Below, one piece after another: positions 50,155 through 59,708 of a stretch of 64,000 nt of DNA (position 1 is the stretch's first letter; each line of letters starts with the position of its first letter). The notes under the pieces were generated by a model. The model saw nothing but the letters and a program-made list of their open reading frames with translations, made no database searches and was not told the origin of the DNA. The stretch lies in contig JABMPU010000066.1 of assembly GCA_013203665.1 (NCBI GenBank), positions 10,206 to 74,205 on the forward strand, given 5' to 3'. Source of the stretch: Armatimonadota bacterium. GTDB taxonomy: Bacteria; Cloacimonadota; Cloacimonadia; Cloacimonadales; TCS61. The translations under genes and the position numbers were made by a program.

Positions 50155-50293
50155 AAACCTTGCGAATAGTCGAAGACCTTCGCAATGGTTGAATTTGTAA
50201 ATCGAGCAGCTTGCTCGATACTCAATTTTATAGCTTGCTGGTATCAGATAAACTATAAATTATGAAAGTTCACGACCAGGCTGGTCGTGCTAC
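50155..50293. repeat. REP-like palindromes; the first has an inverted homolog at 57818-57863
   Basis: AAACCTTGCGAA...TTCGCAATGGTTGAA; TCGAGCAGCTTGCTCGATAC; CACGACCAGGCTGGTCGTGCTAC. Confidence 0.75.
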
Positions 50294-50306
50294 TTCACAG
50301 ATGATT

Positions 50307-51320
50307 CTATTTACTTCTATGAATACTTAAAATATCGGTCAGAATAGAAAATCCCGTTTCAATCTTTCCAGCTCCGGGACCTACTATTGTTACATCTCCA
50401 AGCAGATCGGTAGAGAACGTTAAAGCATTCGTTGCACCCATCACTCCTGCAAGCGGATGAGAAAGATCTATCATTTCGGGAGCTACAGAACCTGTAACTT
50501 TACCATCTTTTTTCTCAACCGTTCCGATTAGCTTCCAACGCGCATTTTGTTCTTTTGCTTTTTTAATGTCATCGGAAGTGATTTTTGTGATGCCTTCGCA
50601 GGAAACATCAGATATTTCTAAAGATGCTCCCATTACGATATTTGCCAGGATAGTTACTTTTCCACGGGCATCATATCCTTCCACATCTCCGGTTGGGTCT
50701 GCTTCCGCATAACCAAGTTCCTGAGCAACTTTAAGCACTTCATCGTAATCCATTCCCTTTTCCATTTCAGAAAGCATATAATTTGTAGTTCCATTTAGGA
50801 TACCACAAATTTTGGAAATTACACATCCTGCAAGTGGTCCGTCAATTAAGTTTATTACCGGAGTTCCGGCACAGACAGTTCCTTCGATCAAAAACTGTAC
50901 TCCGTTCTTATCAGCGAGTTTTTTCATTTCCGGATACTTAAGAGCTGCCGGTCCTTTGTTGCTTGTCACAACATGTTTTCCAGATTCAAGTGCAGCTTTA
51001 CAGTGTTCGATCGCTGGTCCGCCGGTATTCAAATCCGTAAAAGTAAGCTCGCAAAGAACATCGGCATTACATTCTTTGATAAGTTTGATATTATCCCAAT
51101 CAACCACATCTTTTGTGAATTTCTTTTTTGCCTTTGCTTGTTCCAGTATAAAAGGAATATCCAATCCATCAGGATTATAAACATTACCATTTACAAAATC
51201 TGCAACTGCTACGATGTTGAAATCAAAATCGTATTTTTTCTTTAAATAATCTTTTTTCTTCAACAGGATTTCACAAATTCCCTGTCCTACTGTTCCAAAA
51301 CCTAAAAGTGCTAATTTCAT
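50307..51320 (-). CDS. hom: Homoserine dehydrogenase, short form without ACT domain
   Basis: GFGTVG, VVTSNKGP, GILNGTTNYML, GYAEADPTGDVEGYDARGK, GPGAG..ET. Confidence 0.93.
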   Translation of the reverse strand: MKLALLGFGTVGQGICEILLKKKDYLKKKYDFDFNIVAVADFVNGNVYNPDGLDIPFILEQAKAKKKFTKDVVDWDNIKLIKECNADVLCELTFTDLNTGGPAIEHCKAALESGKHVVTSNKGPAALKYPEMKKLADKNGVQFLIEGTVCAGTPVINLIDGPLAGCVISKICGILNGTTNYMLSEMEKGMDYDEVLKVAQELGYAEADPTGDVEGYDARGKVTILANIVMGASLEISDVSCEGITKITSDDIKKAKEQNARWKLIGTVEKKDGKVTGSVAPEMIDLSHPLAGVMGATNALTFSTDLLGDVTIVGPGAGKIETGFSILTDILSIHRSK

Positions 51321-51492
51321 TTTTTTATTCTCCTTTAATTTTTTAGCAATGAACCCGCCTTCGTTACACTTCGTCGTGGCAGGCAAAACAAACAATTACT
51401 AACAAAGAGTTTAATTTTTTTTACCGCGAAGATACCAAGACACAAAGAATGATTTTTAGATTTTTCCCTTTGTGGCTTTGAGTCTTAGTGGC

Positions 51493-52713
51493 TTACAATT
51501 TGCTTTTTATACAACTCGAAAGTCTCTTTACTGCTTCAGCAAGCTGTTCTTTTGAAGCAAATGAAAAATTGATTCTCATATGGTTTTTACTCGAATTTTC
51601 ACCGTAAAAAGTGCTGCCCGGAACAAAGGCAACTTTGAATTTCAGCGCTTCATAAAATAATTCGTAAGTATCGATGTGCTCAGGAACAGTAACCCAGAGA
51701 AAAAGCCCACCTTCCGGTTTTGTCCAGGTTACTCCCATCTTAGCAGGAAAATATTTTTCCATTGTTTGAAGGAAAACTTTGAGCTTTTCACGATAATAGT
51801 TTCTGCATTTTTCCAGGTGAGGTTCATAGTTCATTTCAGTTAGAAAAGCAGTACACATATCCTGATTATATTTTGGTGTATTAAGCACATTTCCTTCTTT
51901 GATATTGATCATTCGTGCAATCACATCTTTAGGACCGATATTAAACCCAACTCGAATTCCGGGACAGAACAATTTGGAGAAAGTGTATAATCCGATTACG
52001 TTTCCTTCCTCCCGCCTTTGATCGAGCTCGAAAATCGAAGGAATTGTTTTTCCGTAATATCTAAGATCACGATACGGACTGTCTTCTATAATTGGAATAT
52101 CATATTCATAACTCAAATCAAGGAGAGCTTCTCTTTTTTCCAAACTCATTGTTATGCCGGATGGATTTTGGAAATCCGGAACAACATAAATAAACTTTGG
52201 TTTTTTATCCTGTTTTTGCAGCTCTTTTATTTTTTTCAGATATGAAGCAACATCAGGACCATCCTCTTCAATATCGAAACCGATAAACTCAGGTCTCTGA
52301 AGCTGAAAAGCGACGATTGCTCCAGCAAATGTCGGACGGTCTACAAAAACAATATCACCAGGATTCAGAAAAAGTCTACCTGTAATATCCAACCCATGCT
52401 GACCTGAAGAAGTAATCATTATATTTTCTTCTGAAACATCGATGTTATCCCTTTTTAAGAATTTGATTATTGCTTCGAGCAAACTGCTTTCGCCTTTGAT
52501 ATTTGTGTATTGGAAAATTGTATCGAGATTTTCTAGTAGAAGTTTTTGAGAAGCATTTCTCATATCTTCTTTAGGAAACATTTCCGGTGAAGGCAATCCT
52601 CCTGCTAAAGAGATAATTTCAGGATCGCTTAAAAGTGCGAAAAGTTTTCCGATCGAATAACCACCGTATCCTTTTAAATTATCGGAAAATTGTGAATTCC
52701 AGTTTTTTTTCAA
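51493..52713 (-). CDS. PLP-dependent class I/II aminotransferase (LysN/2-aminoadipate transaminase-like)
   Basis: ISLAGGLP, PDFQNPSG, EDSPY, TFSKLFCPGIRVG, PEGGLFLW, MRINFS. Confidence 0.93.
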   Translation of the reverse strand: MKKNWNSQFSDNLKGYGGYSIGKLFALLSDPEIISLAGGLPSPEMFPKEDMRNASQKLLLENLDTIFQYTNIKGESSLLEAIIKFLKRDNIDVSEENIMITSSGQHGLDITGRLFLNPGDIVFVDRPTFAGAIVAFQLQRPEFIGFDIEEDGPDVASYLKKIKELQKQDKKPKFIYVVPDFQNPSGITMSLEKREALLDLSYEYDIPIIEDSPYRDLRYYGKTIPSIFELDQRREEGNVIGLYTFSKLFCPGIRVGFNIGPKDVIARMINIKEGNVLNTPKYNQDMCTAFLTEMNYEPHLEKCRNYYREKLKVFLQTMEKYFPAKMGVTWTKPEGGLFLWVTVPEHIDTYELFYEALKFKVAFVPGSTFYGENSSKNHMRINFSFASKEQLAEAVKRLSSCIKSKL

Positions 52714-52754
52714 AATATATTCCTTTTTTTCAAAGCTTGAAGGTTTTAAAATAT

Positions 52755-53999
52755 TTAATAAGAACTTCCTCCAAAGAAAACTTTAATTCCTTTTTTCATC
52801 ATGTCTCTACCATCTTTTGAGGCTTGAAGTGCTTTGTAGAAAATTACATCGCCAATTTTTTCTGCGTTTGCATTCCGCTCATCTTCAGAAAGAAAATATG
52901 TTGCCATCGTATCCATTTCGCGGGCTGTTCCATCGCTCTCATATTTATAAGTCATATCAGTTCCGCTTTCCAAGACTTTATGCATATCCTCTGTCCAATT
53001 GAAATCAGCAACACCAAGATCTGGATTAATGTAAATATGAGCAGCTAGGCTGACGCCTTTAATTCCACTTTCTTTCAGCTCTTTTGCACATTGAATGAAA
53101 TTCTCCGGACTTACACCATTACCGATATTTATCTCATATAAAGGTGAAGTCATATCATCGCGGAGATATTCTTTCATAATATTCAGAAGTATCCTGAACT
53201 GCATCAAATTTTGAGTAGCCAGCAGCATAGAAATTTTTATATGAAGATTAGGAATATCTCTTCCATAATAACAAATTGCTACAATTGTGCTCCAGCTTGG
53301 ATTCAGGAAGAAATCTCCACCGGTTGCCAAGGCTGTTCTGGTTATTCCATCCAAATAAATAAGATGATTGTCATTCGCTACTTCAATCCCACCAAAATTA
53401 CCAAAGAAAGTTCCCTGGTTTTTCAGTATTAGATTTGATAATCCATTTCCAGCATCTGCTCGTACGAATTTTTTCCCAGTTAGCTTTTCAAGTTCCACGA
53501 ATCTTTTTTCCGGTTGAGGAATTCCAATCAAATTTGTACTGCAAAATTTTGAGCCTTTCATAATATTTTCTGCCATTGTCAATGTTGCCATCAAATCACC
53601 ATTATAAACATAATTATCTGTGAGAGCAACAACAGAGATAAATTCAGACGGTACAAAACAAGGCTGATTTGTGCTCGCACTTAGAGCAATTCTTTTCATT
53701 GCATGATGGGTAACCGGGGCTCCCTGCCAACCGGAAACCTGGGCAGTGGCAACACCGAAATTATCATTATAGGAAATGTTATTTTCTTTTTCATAATCTC
53801 CGGCTTTAGCAAATTTTTTCACTAATTGTTCAGCATCCTCGATCATCTTGCCATAACCTTTTTCTGCTAGGATTTTTTTACGGGTTTCAAAAACTCTCAT
53901 TTCCTTTATCGTGCTACCAATGTGATTTGCTCCACCATGAAACTCTTTCAACTTATCAATCGCCTTCATATCAGCATTTGATAATAATTTGAAATGCAT
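52755..53999 (-). CDS. Conserved-looking hypothetical soluble protein, first gene of the homoserine cluster
   Basis: 414 aa, GGGAGG RBS, upstream TTGACA (54075-54070), alternating alpha/beta pattern; no family recognised. Confidence 0.8.
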   Translation of the reverse strand: MHFKLLSNADMKAIDKLKEFHGGANHIGSTIKEMRVFETRKKILAEKGYGKMIEDAEQLVKKFAKAGDYEKENNISYNDNFGVATAQVSGWQGAPVTHHAMKRIALSASTNQPCFVPSEFISVVALTDNYVYNGDLMATLTMAENIMKGSKFCSTNLIGIPQPEKRFVELEKLTGKKFVRADAGNGLSNLILKNQGTFFGNFGGIEVANDNHLIYLDGITRTALATGGDFFLNPSWSTIVAICYYGRDIPNLHIKISMLLATQNLMQFRILLNIMKEYLRDDMTSPLYEINIGNGVSPENFIQCAKELKESGIKGVSLAAHIYINPDLGVADFNWTEDMHKVLESGTDMTYKYESDGTAREMDTMATYFLSEDERNANAEKIGDVIFYKALQASKDGRDMMKKGIKVFFGGSSY

Positions 54000-54126
54000 A
54001 ATTCCTCCCTTTTTATTGATTAATATTTAATTTATTAAGGTTAAACTTTCAATTTATTTTCACGTTTTTTGTCAATCGTAATTTTCCAGATAAAAACTTG
54101 CCATACTTTTGAAATTTGGTAAGTTT

Positions 54127-55647
54127 TTATCTCAATAAAATCAATTTTCCTGATTCGCTAGTATTTTTAGTTTGAAGTCTGTATAAATAAACTCCACTCA
54201 CAACCAAATTTCCATTGTTATCAGTTCCATCCCATACAATTGAATATTGATTATTGAATATCGAATATTGTCTTATTTTCTGACCTTTGATGTTATATAT
54301 TTCGAGATTCACAAAAGAAAGTGTTTGTGCTGCAGAAAATGAGATCGTTGTACTCGAATAAAATGGATTTGGATAAGATGAGACAATAGAAAACTGCTGC
54401 TGAAAATCTGGATCTGCAGATACATTTAAAGTAAAAAGCTCTTGAGAATCAAATACAGTTGGTTCCAATTGATAGGCAGGAATACCTGTTTGAGCGGTTG
54501 ACCATTTGATCAAATTTAGGGTTGGAGCAAATTCTATTGTATGAAGATTGGTATTAATTCCTGCTGCTCCACCCAAGAGATTCCAGCTTCTTTCTATGTT
54601 CATTAACGAATTCGCATTCAAAGAATCGGAAATATTGACATAACGATTACAATATACTGGTGAATATAATTTGCGGAAATGATTGGTTGCAGCCAAATGC
54701 TCTTCCGGAATAATTGTATTATCTGAATTATCCCGGATTTCAACTCCGTTTTCATTATTACATTCCACCACAATTCCAAAGGTTTCATCAGTACTGTGAA
54801 CGATGTAACCACTTAACTGATATTTATCTGAAATTGCACTGGCAATATCATAAGGATCTATCTGAGAATCTCCATTATAATCATTGGTTTCGATTCCATT
54901 TCTGATAGTGAAGAATATTGGATGAAGCAATTCCTGGTTCGGATACGAATTATTATTTCCCATATTCATAAATGCAGAGAGATTCTCTTCATTCACTGCT
55001 GATAAAGCTCCAATCATCCCGGCAAAAGAAAAAGAGAGCCAACTTATTTCGTCCGGTTCTGAAGGAAATTGGACAATTAAAAGATGATTAGCCAGCAAAG
55101 TTGGATGTGGCGTCCAATCCATATTTCTGGTAATCACCAATTGTCCGTTCAAATCGGGATCTTGAATTGTATTTTGTCCCCAACTGGAAAGGCTTGAACA
55201 TCCAAACCAAATCCCTGTCTGGTTAGAAATCAGAGCTACAAAATCTACAAGTGAATTTGCCACAAGTACATCGATTTCATCCAGATCTCTATTAAGAACT
55301 AAATTATACAAACTAATCCCTGAATTTTGTATTCCGTCAATCATACCTTCAGCTTCATCATGAAATTTATTTTCAACTCCAAAGTTCTGTATAAAAAAAT
55401 CTCTGCAAGAAGCATATAAGGTAGCATTATTTCCGAAGAAAAATCCTATTATGTACTCTTCATAAATTTCTTTTACATTTTCGCCTAATAGATATCCATG
55501 TGCATAACCTCGTTCATAATGCGTTCCCCAGACTTTCAGGATCTTCTTGCCATCTACTGTTAGTGTGTCGCCATTAACAACCTGGGCAAAACTGAATGAA
55601 CAAAAAACAATTGAAATAAAAATTAAGATGATGTTTTTTTTATTCAT
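54127..55647 (-). CDS. Secreted Ntn-hydrolase (peptidase C45/acid ceramidase-like) with FlgD-Ig/T9SS-like C-terminal domain
   Basis: GTHYERGYAHG, GCSS nucleophile, RNMDW, TNHF; YPNPF...YNIKGQ...WDGTD...SGVYLY. Confidence 0.85.
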   Translation of the reverse strand: MNKKNIILIFISIVFCSFSFAQVVNGDTLTVDGKKILKVWGTHYERGYAHGYLLGENVKEIYEEYIIGFFFGNNATLYASCRDFFIQNFGVENKFHDEAEGMIDGIQNSGISLYNLVLNRDLDEIDVLVANSLVDFVALISNQTGIWFGCSSLSSWGQNTIQDPDLNGQLVITRNMDWTPHPTLLANHLLIVQFPSEPDEISWLSFSFAGMIGALSAVNEENLSAFMNMGNNNSYPNQELLHPIFFTIRNGIETNDYNGDSQIDPYDIASAISDKYQLSGYIVHSTDETFGIVVECNNENGVEIRDNSDNTIIPEEHLAATNHFRKLYSPVYCNRYVNISDSLNANSLMNIERSWNLLGGAAGINTNLHTIEFAPTLNLIKWSTAQTGIPAYQLEPTVFDSQELFTLNVSADPDFQQQFSIVSSYPNPFYSSTTISFSAAQTLSFVNLEIYNIKGQKIRQYSIFNNQYSIVWDGTDNNGNLVVSGVYLYRLQTKNTSESGKLILLR

Positions 55648-55765
55648 GCTATTTCCTTTTTTAAAGTTCTCTCAAAGCACACCCAGTTAAATAGCTTCGT
55701 TCCGATACAGTCATACTTCCCTACGGGACAAGCACTCTACGGGTTGAAAGCTATGAGTTACTCTT

Positions 55766-56329
55766 TTACAAAATCAAATCTTCCAATTTTCTTTTTGGAA
55801 CGTGATGCACATCATTTTCGTCTCGCCAGTATTTCATGTCATCACCTTTAACTTCTTCGATTACTATTTTTTCTTTTGGTTTTCCTAGAGCAATCACCAA
55901 TTGAATCTCGTATTTATCCGGAATTGAGAAAGATTTTCGCAATTTATCTTTCTGAACAGAGCCGAACATACATCCACCCAAACCCATTTCCACTGCTCCC
56001 AGCAGAATGGATTGACTGACAATTCCCACATCGCTCTTTATGTATGCCCAATCTGGCTTATTCGATAAGACTACAATATAGGCAGCAGGTCTCTCTCCTT
56101 CTTTAGGTCCATCCCAATCTTTGAGATAACCTGCCCATCCTAAACAGGAAAAAACTTTTTCAGATTCTTCTTTAGATTTAATCATCATAAAACGAAGTAT
56201 CTGTAAATTTGCTGCTGAGGGACAAAGCCTGGCAATATCTACAAGTTCTTTCAAAGTTTCCTTTGAAATTTGAAAATCCTGATAAAACCTGCGATAACTG
56301 CGATTTTTGAGTATTAATTCTTTAAACAT
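55766..56329 (-). CDS. Nitroreductase family protein
   Basis: RSYRRF, PSAANLQ, GLGGC, HHVPKR. Confidence 0.93.
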   Translation of the reverse strand: MFKELILKNRSYRRFYQDFQISKETLKELVDIARLCPSAANLQILRFMMIKSKEESEKVFSCLGWAGYLKDWDGPKEGERPAAYIVVLSNKPDWAYIKSDVGIVSQSILLGAVEMGLGGCMFGSVQKDKLRKSFSIPDKYEIQLVIALGKPKEKIVIEEVKGDDMKYWRDENDVHHVPKRKLEDLIL

Positions 56330-56357
56330 AAATCCTCCTAAAAAAATAAATAAAAGT

Positions 56358-57608
56358 TCAGGATAGCTTTTTTTCTTGTATCCTGATCAAAGGGAAAACC
56401 AATAATGTCAAGAAAGTTAAAATTATTAATGCTTTTCCAATTCCGAACTCATCTGCCAGCAATCCCATTATTGGTGATAAAATTGCAACGAAAAGAGTTT
56501 TCATCTGTGATTCAGCAGATAAACCTGATGCCATCACTTTGGAGGGAATTATCTCGCTTATGTATCCAACATTCATTGGTCGACGGAAACTCTGAAAAAC
56601 ATAAAGAACTATAAAACAAATAATTGTAATGAATTTTAAGCTTAGAAAATAGAAAACTCCTGCCAGCATAATGAAGGAAATTCCAATGATAAAACTCGAG
56701 TTAATTGCTTTGGAGAGAGATTTGAATTTATTTTTAAATTTTCCGGAATTCCTGGAAGCATATGAAGATAGAAGAAAGAGTATAAAATAAATAACTGCAA
56801 CAACTATTGTATCTCTTTTATCTTTTATGAAAAGTAGAAATGAAGATGATAATGCAAATGCTTTAATAATCGGTTGAATGTAATCTTTTACAGTTTTGAA
56901 TAATCCATCAAAAAGAGAAGAATTAACCAGAGCTTTTCTCAATTTCGAATTTTTGAAAACGTTAATAAAATCTTTAAAAGTGCTTTTAAAATTAATGAAT
57001 ATTTCTTTTATCAAATTCGGATGTTTTTTCTTTTCGATAAATCCATCTAATTCTTTCGGATAGCTTATCATCAAAAACAAAGCTGAAATATAAGGAATGA
57101 CGGAACTGAGAAAAACATATTTGTAATTTCCCGAATAGAAAACAATAGCTCCTGCAATCAATGCAGCCAGAGCAGAACCAATCTGTGACCAACTGCGAGT
57201 AAAGCCATAATACTCAACTTTCTGGTTTGTGATTTTCTTTTGTTTAAGATATTCCAGGATCATAGCTTTATGAGTGCCTGTACGAAAAGCTTCTCCCATT
57301 CCAAAAAGAATCATTGCAACCGCATAAAATCCGAATTTAGGGAAAAAGAAAAAAATGAAAAAGGAAAGAATATACGAAATAAATGAGAATATCATTGAGT
57401 TTCTGCGACCATAACAATCCGCAATCAAACCTGTCGGGATTTCCAGGATTGTTATGGAGATTTCACGAATTGAGATAAGTGTTCCTATCTGCAAGAAAGT
57501 CATTCCCTGTTGCCGAAAAAATAACAGGATAAAGACATCAAAAAAACGCAGGTTTTTCAGAAAACCATAAGCTGAAAATTTGAATAATTGCAAATCTTTA
57601 TAAATCAT
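56358..57608 (-). CDS. MFS transporter
   Basis: About 12 TM helices, EIPTGLIAD..GRR, GEAFRTG. Confidence 0.92.
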   Translation of the reverse strand: MIYKDLQLFKFSAYGFLKNLRFFDVFILLFFRQQGMTFLQIGTLISIREISITILEIPTGLIADCYGRRNSMIFSFISYILSFFIFFFFPKFGFYAVAMILFGMGEAFRTGTHKAMILEYLKQKKITNQKVEYYGFTRSWSQIGSALAALIAGAIVFYSGNYKYVFLSSVIPYISALFLMISYPKELDGFIEKKKHPNLIKEIFINFKSTFKDFINVFKNSKLRKALVNSSLFDGLFKTVKDYIQPIIKAFALSSSFLLFIKDKRDTIVVAVIYFILFLLSSYASRNSGKFKNKFKSLSKAINSSFIIGISFIMLAGVFYFLSLKFITIICFIVLYVFQSFRRPMNVGYISEIIPSKVMASGLSAESQMKTLFVAILSPIMGLLADEFGIGKALIILTFLTLLVFPLIRIQEKKLS

Positions 57609-57664
57609 TTTTTTTCTTAAACCTCACGGATGGTTAACGAAAGAGACCACCGTAATGCCTGTAT

Positions 57665-57863
57665 CTCGTTCCTATGCTCCTGCGTCAAAAAAGAACAAGC
57701 GAATCTCTTACTATCTGGTTTTGACGCAGAGCGTTAGAGTATTGGGTTCCCACGCGGGAGCGTGGGAACAAGCATGGCTCTTTTCCCAATTCAACCAGTT
57801 CAACTGATTCAACTGATTCAACCATTGCGAAGACCTCGTTCCTCGACCGTTCGCAAGGTTTTA
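57665..57863. repeat. REP doublet, TTCAAC(T/C)GA 9-mer tract and palindrome
   Basis: CTCGTTCCTATGCTCCTGCGT...TTCCCACGCGGGAGCGTGGGAACAAG; the 9-mer tract is homologous to 31330-31351. Confidence 0.8.
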
Positions 57864-57867
57864 AAAA

Positions 57868-58626
57868 TCATATTTCAAATGGGTTTTTATATCGACTGAA
57901 TTTTTGTTTGAATACCATCCAGAAAAAAGGTAAATCACGAATAAAATAACGCTTCCATAATCTGCTTGGTTCCTGCATAATTCGATAAAACCATTCCAAT
58001 CCAATCCTGCTGATCCACTTGGGAGAACGTTTCACCAATCCAGCTTCAAATTCGATGGTAACACCAATTCCCATAAAAATCTTAGCAAAATTTAGTTTAT
58101 CTTTATATTTGAATAACCATTTTTCCTGTTTGGGAGCCCCAACTCCAACTGCCACGACTATAGCCTTGGAATCGTTTATCATTTCAACTATTGTTTCACA
58201 TTCTTCTTCATTTTTTTCAAAACCCATAGAAGGAGCAAAAGCTCCGATAATTATCTCTCTTCCAACTCTTGAATTGATAATTTTCCGAGCTTTCTCCGGA
58301 GCTCCGGGTTTGCCTCCCAAAAGAAAAATAGTTATCTCAGGATTGTTCTTGTGATATTCACAAAATGCCGGAAAGAAATCCGAACCACAAATTTTCTCTT
58401 TTAATGGTTTTCGTAAAATAAACTTGAGAACATTAACAATAATCTGACTATCTGCAACAATAAAATCAGCATTTTGGTAGATCTGGTAAAACTCTTTATC
58501 ATGCTGCAGAGTGATAAGATGATCCACATTCGGAGTGATTATAAATCCTTGATTAAATTGCTTCAATAAATCATTCAAAGAAATATTATCGATATAACAA
58601 TTCAGCAGTTTAAATCTTTCTCTCAT
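57868..58626 (-). CDS. WecB/TagA/CpsF family glycosyltransferase
   Basis: ITPNVDH, GSD, GVGAPKQEKW, GLEWFYRIMQEP.RLWKRY. Confidence 0.95.
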   Translation of the reverse strand: MRERFKLLNCYIDNISLNDLLKQFNQGFIITPNVDHLITLQHDKEFYQIYQNADFIVADSQIIVNVLKFILRKPLKEKICGSDFFPAFCEYHKNNPEITIFLLGGKPGAPEKARKIINSRVGREIIIGAFAPSMGFEKNEEECETIVEMINDSKAIVVAVGVGAPKQEKWLFKYKDKLNFAKIFMGIGVTIEFEAGLVKRSPKWISRIGLEWFYRIMQEPSRLWKRYFIRDLPFFWMVFKQKFSRYKNPFEI

Positions 58627-58656
58627 CTGCTCTCCTGTTTTTCTATTTAATTATGT

Positions 58657-58829
58657 GCTCTGCAAAATAGAGTGTTTTTGTCATCCTGCAAGTCAAGCCG
58701 AAGCTGGCGAAGGCTGGAGAAATTCTTTTTGCTTTTCCATCGAAGGATCTCCGCTTATAATAAGATTCTTCGTTAGAAACAGCTTCGAAGATTTCCTCAG
58801 AAAGACAGCCATTTTTCATTTTGCAGAAC
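58657..58829. mobile_element. Second copy of the MITE-like element, with a 29-bp internal insertion (58688-58716)
   Basis: 173 bp versus 144 bp for 39995-40138; the difference equals the insert. Confidence 0.8.
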
Positions 58830-58832
58830 TCT

Positions 58833-59708
58833 TTACTTAATTATTTCAAGAGGTAATTCATAAAGCAAAAAATCATTTTCCTGTTTCCAGCTTTTAAATT
58901 TATATTTTTCACAAATCTTTTTCAATTTTGGAAAATCCGGCAAATTTATTTCAATATTTTTTTTCTTTTGGTTTTTGGCAAGATTGATTAAATATTGAAG
59001 CAATTCTGCGTAAACTAATTCATTTTCAGCTTCCAGAAAACTTATCCAGAAAATATCTTTATATTTTACTTTTGAATAAATTGCAACACCTTTGATCACA
59101 TTATTTTCTTGAAAAGAAAAAATTTGTTCCTGATTATAAAATTGCTTTAATAATTCTCTTGAATATGGATATACTGTCCAACCTTTACAAATAAAGTTTT
59201 TTGATAATTTTAAAAAAGAGGAATTTTCAACATATTTTTGAATTCTATTAAAATCTTTTGCTATTTTTAAGTTTGAATGAACATGAGATTTTTCAACTTT
59301 TTCCAGTCCTAATTCTTTATGTGATAAATATAAGATTTTCTTAAATCCTAATTTTTCATTTAAACGGATCGAAGCGTTATTATCAAAATAGGTGGAAAAG
59401 CGAACAGAAGAAATATTCGGATTTTTTTTCAGGATTTTCAGATAATAATGAGATAATTTTTCTCCCACGCCTTTCACATTTAGATCAGGATCTTTTCTTA
59501 AACCTTCCAACCAGATATCTGTGGGAGTTAAATACTTTAAATGTCCAAAACCGATAAGAATTTCATTTTCCCACAGACCGGCAAAAACTCCATTCGGGTC
59601 TTTAATCCATTCATCAAAAACCTGCGGCAGATAATCGTCTCCTTCCCAGATTTTCGAAGCGATTTCCAGAACGGGTGATTTATCTTCAGGTTTTATTTTT
59701 CGTATCAT
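58833..59708 (-). CDS. GNAT-family N-acetyltransferase (two-domain)
   Basis: IWEGDDYLPQVFDEW, WLEGLR.DP...KGVG, N.ASIRL..KLGF. Confidence 0.85.
   Translation of the reverse strand: MIRKIKPEDKSPVLEIASKIWEGDDYLPQVFDEWIKDPNGVFAGLWENEILIGFGHLKYLTPTDIWLEGLRKDPDLNVKGVGEKLSHYYLKILKKNPNISSVRFSTYFDNNASIRLNEKLGFKKILYLSHKELGLEKVEKSHVHSNLKIAKDFNRIQKYVENSSFLKLSKNFICKGWTVYPYSRELLKQFYNQEQIFSFQENNVIKGVAIYSKVKYKDIFWISFLEAENELVYAELLQYLINLAKNQKKKNIEINLPDFPKLKKICEKYKFKSWKQENDFLLYELPLEIIK

Noticed and set aside
58655-58840. 61-aa ORF
   Set aside because: Coincides with the MITE-like element
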